A stretch of DNA of 64,000 bases from Tubulanus polymorphus (taxonomy: Eukaryota; Animalia; Nemertea), in contig NC_134026.1 in NCBI RefSeq assembly GCF_964204645.1, forward strand, positions 7,091,950 to 7,155,949. Direction: 5' to 3'. Positions 24,901 through 36,900 of this stretch are shown piece by piece (position 1 is the first letter of the stretch; each line of letters opens with the position of its first letter). The position numbers and the translations under genes were made by a program. The notes beneath the pieces are model-generated. The model saw only the letters and a program-made list of their open reading frames with translations. It ran no database searches and was not told the DNA's origin.

Positions 24901-27900
24901 AAGTCAACGAAATCAGATAACGCTACCATGGACACAGCGGTCATGACTGTCAACGCGACTCATGATATAAGATCTCAGACAGTTGAGGACGTCATAACTA
25001 CCGCTGAAATAAAGAAATTGGAAGAAACTTCGCAGAAACTTTCAGGTGAACTTGTCGATTTGAAGGTCAATTTAGAATCAAAAGAAAGAACTATTATTGG
25101 ACAACAAAAAGAAATCTTTGGACTACAATCAAAATTGGATAAATTAAAAATGCGAAATTATCCTTGTCATTGCGCTAAAGATCCGAAAAACTCTCAAGCA
25201 TGCGAAGATACATTAACTGATATCGGTGATCTTTACGAAGCAGACCAACCGAAAATCATGGCTGCAAAACGATCAGGAATATTATATGAGGTCCGGGTGC
25301 AAGATCCAATCTCGAGAAAATACGCTGATTTCTTTGTGCACTGGGGACAATCATTATCATCAGTTTTCTATGACATTTTGAACAGATACGATTTGAATAT
25401 AAAATCATTCACCTATCGCGAACCAGATTCCAAAAATAAATGCTTGGACATTGATCGAAATACTTCATTGTGCTCGTTACATGAATCAGGAATCATCAAA
25501 CACTTATGGGATAAAAAGGGTAGAAATATAGTTTGGTTAGGAATGAGATTTTGATTAGCTTGTGAATGATCAATACTTTTAATTTGTATAAAAATAGTGT
25601 TCTCAAATTGATAATTCTTCATTAAATTCATTTCATCTAATTTTCGGGGACGAAAACTTTCAGAACGTAGTGGGGGAGGATTTAACAACACTAAATGTCA
25701 CTGATAATTGTTATACATATTTCATCTATATTTCGTATTTCTTTATTGTTTATGTCTCCATCTTATTACTCATTGTCCTCTGAGACTGTTTGTCTGTGTC
25801 AGAATGTGTTAATTGTTGTTTGTCTCACTGTCATGTCACTACTCGTCACCTTTGTTTTTGTATCATTTTCCATGTCTCAACCTGTCTGAATCTGTGTTAT
25901 ATAAATAGCTATGTGTAAAAATAAAGTCAGTTCCAGTTTTGGTATTCCAAACCGATAGTTCGCTCGTTACTCTTTCGCTCAATTCCGGATTTCCGACGTC
26001 GACCATTCTTCGAGAATAGGACAGAAAATAGCGTTGCTAAAAAACCACCTCGGATACCCGCGGTTCCCCGCTTTGCAGATCTCCAGTTGAGGAAACAGGG
26101 CGCAAGTTAAAGAGCAGCATCCTTGAACGATTCTGAAAGACGCTTGACATGCGCCCAGGAAGAACTGTGATTACTAGAATCTACTAAGGGCGATTCCGAA
26201 ACGAATGATGCAGCATTACAAGTTCCTTACCTCGGAATCAATTATGGCTAAATAGTTGAAAGGTTAACACACTGAATTGGCATGATAGAAGTTTTGGCTT
26301 TTTACTACGTTGCTGGTTGCTCTTCGGTTAAGGCTTCATTTAAACTGATGCTATTTTGACCTGTGCTTTCCCTGTATTGAACTGATTGATATTTTCCAAC
26401 CTTTTTTCAGATATTTTACCATAGAATATTTCACCATTTACTATGAATTCTTGTCCAACGTTTATTAATAGTTACGTTCATATTTTACACAATGATAAAC
26501 TTTCACAAAATCTGAGTAAATTGTGTTCAGATCATTACTTAATAAGATATTTCACCATTTACAATGAAATCTTGTACAACGAATATTCATGTCTGATTTA
26601 GTTACATTTGTATTTTGTATTTTATTATCATAAACTTTCAAAAATCTTATTGCATCAAATTTCTGAGAATTAATTTATCACTTGATGCAAAATATATATC
26701 TTACAAATGAATTGTAGCTGTAATAAAGACACAACTACGTTGAATTGATTTTCGAATACGCTACATGGTCAGTTCCAGAACATTCTCAGACAGCCAGCAC
26801 ACTCTCAGACAGTCAGCACACTCTCAGACAGAAGTGCATTCTCAGACAGTCAGTACACTCTCAGACAGACAGTACACGGTTAATCATCGTGAATCATGAA
26901 TTCAACTCAGATGCAAATTGGTCGAACTTATAACAGTTATATCATTTTGATGGGAATACCAAACAAGTCTGGAATCTACCGTACTGTGTCACTGGTCATT
27001 CTACCTGTCGTGTTCCTGTTTGGATCCTTTGGAAATGCAGCTACTTTCTGGATAATGATAAGTCGCAGATTTCGCAGTTTATCTTACGCTAACTATCTTA
27101 TTGCCTTGTCAGTCTGTGATTTCACGGTCTGTATCAATTATACATTGATGCCAGTTTTACAGTTTGTTCTCTTCCACGTCAATGGCGGTCCTATATTTAT
27201 CATGAATTCACTGGTCAGTTGTCAAATCTATGAATTTGTTATGATACTTGCATGCAGCAGCAGTTCGTGGTTTATAGTAGCAATATCTCTAGAACGTGCG
27301 GCAGTTGTGCTCTTCCCGTTTACATCTCGTTTGATATGTACACCGAAATTCGCTAGATTTGTTATATTGATAATTACTGCAGTGAATGCACTGGTTCTAT
27401 ATCTAAGCCCTGCTTTGTCACTACATTTTACTAATCGGCTTTTCGGTTGTTGCTATGAATTATTTGACCAAATAACATTTTTCTCCATATTTGTCACCCA
27501 AGTCTATATTATACCTTTAACCTTGATAATTACATCAAATACTCTAATAATAATTCAGTTATTCAGAGGTTCAAAAATAGTTTCGTCTGATCAGAAAAAT
27601 ACAAAATCAAAACGCACAACAATAATGCTTGTAACAGTTTCACTCGCATTTGCAATATTCACAATTCCAACCACTATTACTGTATTTCTAGCAATGGCTG
27701 AAGAAATAAAAAATTTTCTATATGACATATTTGTTCAGTTTCAAATGTGTAACTACGTGGTGAATTTTTACATATATCTTTTACTGGGACGAGAAATTCG
27801 CGAATATTTCTGTATGAAAGTCCGCTGTAGAAATTCTGTAAAGTAACCAGTGATTTCAATTCGACCACACCTAAATGGCAGACTAACTTACAAACTAGTA

Positions 27901-30900
27901 GTTAGCACACTGGACTAGCGATCCGCATTCCCCTCGTTCTTACTTAGTCTTTTTGATAGAAAATGGACAGAATATGTCTACTTGGAAAAAAGGAACTGTC
28001 CTTGTGAACTCCTGGCTACTGGACTGTGTATTTATGTGGTTGAATGATGAACTGATGTTATATTCACCTGTGTTTTTTCCCTATCTAGGACTGATAGATA
28101 TTTTCCAAACTGTTCAGATGTTTTACTATAACGTATTACACCATTTACAATGAATTCTTGTACAACGAATATTGACATTTAATTTAGTTACATCTTTATT
28201 TCACACAATAATTGACTTTCACAAAAATTGTGTTAGTTTTCTGAGAAGTTCAGTTCCAGTATATTCTCATACAGTCAGCACACTCTCCGACAGTCAGCTC
28301 ATTCTCAGACAGTCAGTACATTCTCAGACAGTCAGCGCACTCTCAGACAGTAAACAAACTGTGAGACAGTCAGAGTCTGAATGAGATGTCGAAGTGATTG
28401 CTCGTAGCTCAGACAGTCGGTACACACTTTCAGACAGTCGGTACCCTCTCCGACAGCCAGCACACTCTCAGACAGCCAGTACACTCTCAGACAGGCAGTG
28501 TACTCTCCGACAGATAGTTTCATTCGTTTTAGAGTCAATGCCTTTATTCACGTGCCACAGTTGCAGGATTCTGCAAGTTACAGGAAAATTGAATTTTAAT
28601 TTGTTAACTTACGTTCGTATGTGGCAATAAATATTTTCACCAATTTCTGCATCATTCAGCCAATTAGAACAGATTCCCCTGTGTATCGGACCAGTGCCAC
28701 CTATAGGATACAAAGTAACACTATAGAGAACATTTATGATATAAAATCTTAAAATTTCGACTACATCCGATGGTAGGATAGTGTTGTCTTTAGTGTTGAT
28801 ATATTTAAAACATTGTATGAACTATTAGCTCAAGGAAACATTTCGGACTTTTTTAATAGTTTCATAGTTTGCGTGTATTTTACATTATCTTTGACTCGGA
28901 ATGTTTCATCAATGGTCTTAAAAGTTGTATTCCTGAAGACGATTACAAGGATATAGTCGAAACGTCGGATAAGCACGGACTCAGATTGTTTTATACAATG
29001 GTAAACAAGAATATCTTATCTGATGAAATTAGTCCGGCAGTTTGGTGTATATTTTGAATAGAATGTGTCATCTCGACGAAAAGTACGAAATCTTCAGGAA
29101 TAGTAGAGAATGAAACAAGATAAGGGGCCAATTGAAGAATATACCATGTTACCTTGTGTCCTATATTCGACAACGGCTACAGTCATGTGAACCTCGGATG
29201 GATGAAGTTTAGGCGATGAACTGATGCTGTAAAATCGTTGCTGCAACAACGGAAGCTGAGACAATAATAAGGTAGCCGGCACCCGAATCGATGAGAACTC
29301 CTCCAGCAGTTCGAGAATATTCGGCGATTTCGTGTATTTCCAATCTTCGTATAATTTCGATTCCTATTTAGAAAAAAGAGTGATTTTTTAGTAGAACTTT
29401 GCTGGCTTTCTCTTAAATTTTATCGGCATTTTCAATTTATAAAGATTGGCCACTAGCAATGAAATTATCTGAAATAGTTTCATATTTCAACGCCCCCTGG
29501 TGAACATTACAGAAAGCAGTGACCTTGAAACCGGCGGCAACCAAAAAGGGTCATAAGCAACAATTCTGCAATTGATTGTGATTACGAAGAATCCATAGTT
29601 ACCAATATGGAAATTGTAACGTGTTTCAATATCCAATTTCAACCTTTTAGTGGCTACAATTGGCCATCTTGATTCCGACTGAACGAATTTTTGGGCCGCA
29701 GATGCGTTTATATTATGATACGATATATACATGCATTTGTATCAAGACAATATGCGTCAAAGCGTATCGAAAACTTCCCAAGAAAACTCAATTCTGTCTT
29801 CAGACGGACAGACCCTTTTCGGTGCATGTTTATCAACTGTATGTAGAGGCTAACGTAACTTCCTAAAAAGTTATCTTTGCTTCGTTAGAGTTTTCGAATC
29901 AAGATTCTTAAGAAGAAATTCTTGAAGAAATTGTTACCTTGACCAATCTTTCGATGACGTATTTCTCTTTATCGTCCGCAGCCAGTGGTAACAATTGTTG
30001 TAGGAACATAGGAGTTGGCGGAGAAGTGATGTCTATATAGTTAGTGAACGCTTTTCGCAGTGAACACACCGGAATTCGCTCATGTACTTTCCATGTCTTA
30101 GAAACACCTTTAAGATGACAAGTTTCATGAATGTATGGATTAATAAGATCATGGGGCTAGTTGCAAAGTCGAGGTTCAGATTTAAGACCAGTCTCAGCTT
30201 ATCGTGGTTCTATTCGCAACGTTGTGCTGACTTTGACTTGTCTAAGCCCCGTTACTGATCAAAACACGAATAGTCATAAGATATAAGGCGTTTCTTTTCA
30301 AATCTAGGTCCAGTTTCACCAAAACGGATTCAAACTCTCAAATCGATTTGATTGACAGGAATTGATAAAGCAATTAAGTCCGATTTCAGAGTTAAACCTT
30401 TTTATCAAATTTGAGCGGCCTGGGCCCAGTTTCATGAAATGTTGAGTTCGAATTGTTGTCCTCATTGAAAACACAAAGTAACCAAATCAGCAATTACACC
30501 AAAAATTTTAGTTAAACCTTTTTCGTGAAACTGGACCCTGGGTTTAGAGTTTTAGACTTTCCAAAAATTGACAATTTTGATGCAGGAAAGTTTAATGCTT
30601 CACGTACCAAACGGCGTCTGTATCTCTTCTAGAAATTCTAGTTTAACTGTCTGATCGACAGGCGGCGCGTTATGAAGTCTTTCGAGAATTGGTTGAACTA
30701 GATCACGTGGGTTGGAAGGGAATATACCGATATGATCTCCTGGTTTAAACGATAGTTCACCGCATTCAGACGTATCCAATTTAACTAGAATTGTTTGCCG
30801 ACTGAAAATAACAGAACAGAAAATAATATCGATCATCGATTGACACAACCACCATTTTGTTTACATTAAAACCATTTCATTTTGCTCTTAAGCATTGACT

Positions 30901-33900
30901 AGAGTTTTAATAAAAGCGAAGCAATCAGTGTTAAAGGATCCCTCCCAGATCCATATTTACAGAAAACTGCATATAATGAGGATTCTATGAAACTTTTAGG
31001 GTTTGATAAACTGCCCCAATCTCAGAAGGGTTACCCACTCATAGGGCCCATTTTAAAAAATGGTGGCCATTTCAAAGGAGGGGATCGGATGAGTATGTGA
31101 AAGAAACCAAAGATTCCTATTTTCAGAACCATCTCTTGATAGACTGATCATCCACGATATATTTTGTCGTATAGTTGATTAAATGTATACTGCTAGATAA
31201 TTGAAACCGTGATGAGAGTGGAATTGAGGACATATTCTTTCATGAGTAACCAACCTGGAGTCTGGCGCCTGCAAATTTGTCCTCGATTTCAATTTGCATG
31301 AAAACACTTGTTTATTGTGCACTCTTGACAAATCTAAAATATCAAAAACTTTTAGATAAAAAATCCAACTGCAAATGAAAATCGCACAAATGTTTACTGA
31401 TAGATTACCTATAGTGTCATCAGTTTGAGGAGTGTTGGCATCAATAGTCAGTCTGTATTTAGCTGCAGACCATGAGTTATCAGCGTTTGCGAAAGTACCT
31501 TCAACATCTCCCATATTTACATCGTCTCCTACACAGAATGTATCACAAGCCGCCTAAAACACACAATTTACTGTTCAATGATATTCCACTGAACAAAAAA
31601 AAAACCAAAATCAACTACAAAATGTTTCCATGAGCTAATATTCACATGACGTTTCGACTATATCTCGATAGTCATCTTCGGCAAAGATGACTGGAGATGA
31701 CTATTAGGATATAGTCGAAACGTCGAATGAATTGTAAGCTCTACGAAATATTTCGAACTTTTATTCTTATCGTGTAGGATTTTTATTTTCCTACACGGGA
31801 GTCTTTCATCAATGGTTAAAATGAGGCAACAATAGATTGCGTGTGTGTGCTGGTTTGAGCGCTGAAGTGCTGCTCCTTCGCTCCTGCAAAAACCTGATTC
31901 TACAGCCTCCCCAGGGCTTTCCCAACTACAGTTGTGTGGACTGTTTCATATATGTCAGGATAGTGTTTTTCGATTGGATTTATTGTTGGAATCTATCTTT
32001 GAAGTTTGGTTCATCAAATCTAGACAGCTTCGCAGCATTTAAAACTGGACTTAAAACATTTCTTTTTACCCGTCGATTCTGTACCGCTGGGGAGCGCCTT
32101 TGAACATTGATTACAGTGAAATCGGCGCTATACAAATATGAACATTCATTCATTCATTCATTCATTCATTCCTGAAGATGGATTTAAGGATAAAGTCGAA
32201 TCGTTGAATGAATCATCAGCTCAAGGAAACTGTTCAGATTCTTTATGATATTCCTATAGTGTGCACGGATTGTATATCATTTTCACAACACGGACCTTTT
32301 CACAACGCTCGAGCCAAATTTGGCCCGTGCCTAATTAGAGAGCGCTAACGATAAGTGCTTCATTTTCTATCATTCTTAGTCAAAGTAATATCTCACTTCC
32401 CTTGCACAGAAAACAATGCACTCACCCGGAAAACATTTTGAGCCCAGTTTCGGAACGACTCTTCCTGTCCGCACAGGTCATCACCTTCAGCTATCGGGTA
32501 TATTCTTTCAGCTCCTAGCTCCATCATTAGGCGATCCACGAAATGGCCGAACGAACAGAAATTAGGATACGCTCGTGACCCTAGAGCGAATACCCCGTAC
32601 CTTCAAAACATACGACATCACTATATTATATGACCGATTTAGACTGATATATATTCTCAGTTTTTCAAAGTTGATCCTGTTCCCGCCACTTCGTTGTGGT
32701 AGCATCTATATTTTAGAAAATACCGTCATTCCATTTTCGCTTTATTCTTTCGTTTAGTTAAAACCACTCGAAACGTAAAATCATAATCAATGTTTAGCTT
32801 ATCATCTTTATTATGGCCAACATATCATGGACACAGTTCCTTGGTACTTGGTTTGCAATTTGAAGGTTAAACATTAAAAAATAGAACTAAATCAAGAGAG
32901 ACAGTCTGGATTCGGTTGCACAGTGTGTCAGATGAATTCTGAAGTCAGTTCCACGGTTGTTTTGTTTCCGCCTATGAGTTTGCTTTTTATTCGACAGGGC
33001 TCTAAGTTATTTAGGCCAACATGCTTATCTCACGATTGGTAGAACACTATATCCGTGTTGACGCGATGAGGAGAGAATCCCACAATGATAATAAAAAGTC
33101 CGAAAAAGAAACTTCGAGATAGTAGTTTATTTCAACGTTTCGACTATATCCTAATAGTCATCTCCAGGAATATTCCTGGAGATGACTATTAGGATATAGT
33201 CGAAACGTTGAAATAAACTACTATCTCGAAGTTTCTTTTTCGGACTTTTTATTATCATTGTGGGATTCTCTCCTCATGCTTATCTCCCCAGGCGATTGTT
33301 GATGACTACGTATCTTGCCCATCAGATCTTCACTACTCCACGTTAATTGATTAATCGCACTAACTTTTTTTCATATACTTACACACAATTCCATCAGTAA
33401 AAAATCGATGCAAACGTGACCGAAATCAAAATATAGTCACCAGAAGAAAAACTTATTCATCTCATTTCTTTCTCATTGAATGTTAAATATAACTTAGATA
33501 TCTGTTTTTTTAAATGTTGTCTTACCGTACATTCGATAGTGGCGAATCTCCTAAATGAAGGATGTTGTGAGAAGCTGTTTTTTTGGGTGAACCTTGTTCA
33601 GAATCCGACAAATCTAAACTACTCATTCTTAAATACGACGATTGATTCATTTCCGTAGAACTGAAATGAATATATGAAAATTTCTTTATGAAATTCATCA
33701 TCAAGTCCCATTCCATGTAACAATAAAGAAAATCCTGAGGCCCGAAAAGGTGACTATTCAAAAAGAAAATTAAAAAGATTTCAAATATTTCAAAAAATCC
33801 CGTCATCTGTCGGTGTTTGGGCATTTCAACGACTGTATGACAGCTCTAAAGCATGCCCAGCGCGGAGAAGCCACCTTCGACTAGTTCGCCATCTAGCGGA

Positions 33901-36900
33901 CAATTAGGTCAGTAGGCCAGTCACCTATGAGGTAACCTTGCCCATACCTCAAGGTTTTCATTGTCACTCCGCACATGACATTGCCATGGAGTGGGTTTTT
34001 TTTAAAGAATTAAAACCCGTTTCGTACCTTTTACCATCTTGTGGTCTCAGCGCGTAGAGCGCTTTACCAAACGACTGAAACGTATAATCAGAGCGGATAT
34101 GAATAGAATATTCCCAAAACAATACAAACTTAAGAAATACATTCAAAGTTTACAAAAAAGCACGGTTGACACTTTGGCCATGTGCAACTCTATATGATAA
34201 TCGAGAGTATGGGTGCTTATCATTAATATGACTGCGGCAGATATGAGTCGACTTGGAATTAATTGATGACACAGGGATAGATGTTACAAACATATCCTAA
34301 TTGATAGCTTCAACATCTTTTTAAAATCTGACGACGAAATAGTAAGAATTAATAGAAAGAGTTCAAAGTTTCATCCAATTTATCATTATTCAAGAATGAA
34401 ACTCACGTATCCGTTTTCAGGAGGGTCACCATTACCGAATGTAGAAGTAACGACTAGAACTAAAGCTTCATGTTCTAGATCTATGATATCATAGTTTTCC
34501 ATACACATCACCTACAAAACAATTACTCAGTGCATCACGTAACATTTACATAGGATCAGAATATTTCAAGTGTAAATGAGATATCAGTCACTCTCATATA
34601 TTAATCTATCGGTCATCCGAACTATAGAAGGTTACCATTGCCGCTTTTGAGGGGTAAAACCACTAAACTACGCTTTTACTGACCGCTGCCCAGTCATGGA
34701 TCATGTATAAGGTCCGGTAGGCTACATTCCCCCGATTGTTTCTGTGGGTGACTTAAGTGAGAAAAGTGATACCTGGGGGCATTGAGGACCCAGGCTGAGG
34801 AAGGCAACGCAATATCATGTATATCACTCCCCGCAATTTGGCAATTTGCAGGAGCCAGTTCCACATTTAGGGTTGACTCCGAATTGAAATTAGATCATTT
34901 TCAGTGCGTCAATCAAATCGAAACTCGCAAATGTGGAACTGGACCCTGGGGCGAATTGATCAAAAGCTGTTTAGAGTTAACCAGCGGATAGTTGAGAATT
35001 ACCATTGTTACTATGGTGCTGACCATCCACCAGTAGTTACCTTCAACCAATTTTTAAGTTCAAGGATATTGCTCCACAGTCATGAGTTGAAGTTAACTCT
35101 GAGTCAAACTCACAACTGTGGAAATGGGTCTTGGGTCCAGTTCCACAGTTCCGAGTTAAGATTTAACTCTGAGTTAAATCATTGAAAGTGAACTAACATT
35201 AACTCAGAGTTAACTTTAACCCACAACTGTGGAACTGGGTCCTGAGTTGTGAGTAGAATTAACTCTGAATTAAAATCAGTATATTTTCAATGTTTCAACT
35301 CTAAAGTCAAATCTTAACTCAGGACCCAGTTCCACAGTTGTGAGTAAAGATTTGTCTCAGAGTTAACTCATTGAAAATTAACTTATCTTAACTCAGCGTT
35401 ATCTCTAACTCACTACTGTGGAACTGGATCCTGAAGTGTAGGTGTAGCTGGATCTTGATGATTATCAATCCATTCCTGAAATTTTTTTATTCATTTATTA
35501 TACCTGAGCGTCGAATCCGTGACGAAATATATCGCAGAGTATTCGAGCGAAACGCTCCGATTTTCCGGTTTCAGTCGCGAAGAGTATCGTACATTTCACA
35601 CGTCTCGCTAAAGCTTTACTCATCAATTTAGCTGAGAATTTCACAGCCCTGGAATTAAACGGTTGCTCGCGTGAGTGAACAGTAGTCTCTCATCCTGAAC
35701 TGATTAACAGTTTAGTTTTTAGAAAATCGAGTCTAAAGAATCTATTAAAAAAAAAAACTTGAAGCAACTGAACTCAAAAACGATCGAGCGTAATTCGATA
35801 TTTGAAAAAAAACTAGATCCAGTCAAGGCTTATGTTCAAGGCGAATCTGAGTCCTTCTTAGTTCTATTGTTAATCTGCCTACTCAAAGCCAGTGTTAAGA
35901 CTTAAGACCACATTTGAACTGTGAAACTGTGTCCCCAGGGGCCGGTTCCATTGTCAAGACTTAAGACCAAAGGTCGTTTTAAATCTTAAGACTGGTTTTA
36001 AGTTGGTAGATTGGCTATAGAACTAAGTTGCTCTTAGAACGGTCTCAAGTCTAAGCCCTCACTATGGAACCGGCCCCTGATGTGAAAATAGGAAGCTCAT
36101 GTTTGATGTCGACTTTCTGTTGTCCATTTGTCCAGTTCTCAGCGAGTCTTCAAACACATCTCTTATAATCTTGCGTCTGATATATAACGGTTGATGATCT
36201 GCTCCATGTCTGATTACATATACATTAGATAATTGCACACAAGATCCTGGTCAGATGATATTCTTAAAGGACCCATACATGGCTATATCTCAGAATAAGT
36301 CTTTTCACAGTTTCCATTTATTTTTGGGTACCCACCGATCCGCATTATCTTAATCTTATTTAATATCTAATGTTTTACCACGAATGAACTATAAGAGGTT
36401 GCGGTATAATTACTTTACCTGGCTATATCTCTAAAACTGAACTGTCTACGTGGTCTGTTATCCGTTTGATCCTTACCGCCGCGCCCGGCCACCCCGCGGT
36501 GGTTTCTCTTCCAAACATGCGTCTTCCACGCCGGCTCCTGAAAAATCCAGCCCAGTTACAGGACAAGTCGTTCAACAAACCCCATCGAATCGAAAAAAAA
36601 AATGATTAAGAATGGCTCTAGACGTGAATAAGGGCCTTGACACAACCCCCAATTCACTGTAGAATGTTCATTGACTTTGATCCAAAATGACCGGGTCTTC
36701 TTTCGCGTACGGATTTGTAAGAAAGAAAGCAACCAAATTGGAAATGAAACCATGAAAGAATGGACTGAGATTTAACTCTATATATCATTTTGACTCCTGG
36801 TTAAACCCCACAGAGCGCTGATGCAGTTTCGTGAAAAATCGAAAGCTTTAAACGGTGAAGAGTTTGAATTTTTTCCTCATTGAAAAACATGAAGTTACCG

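Larger units (their letters stand above)
24217..26041 (+). mobile_element. Non-autonomous LTR retroelement (1825 bp) with TT...AA termini and one cargo ORF, in NOS intron 21
   Basis: Two direct repeats of 362 and 361 bp with about 4 differences; PBS after the 5' copy; polypurine tract before the 3' copy; AAAC target duplication at 24213-24216 and 26042-26045. Confidence 0.9.

Noticed and set aside
24244-25889. Two near-identical hydrophobic ORFs of about 60 aa (24244-24426, 25695-25889)
   Set aside because: They lie within the T-rich LTRs and differ by a frameshift between copies, so they are unlikely to be coding
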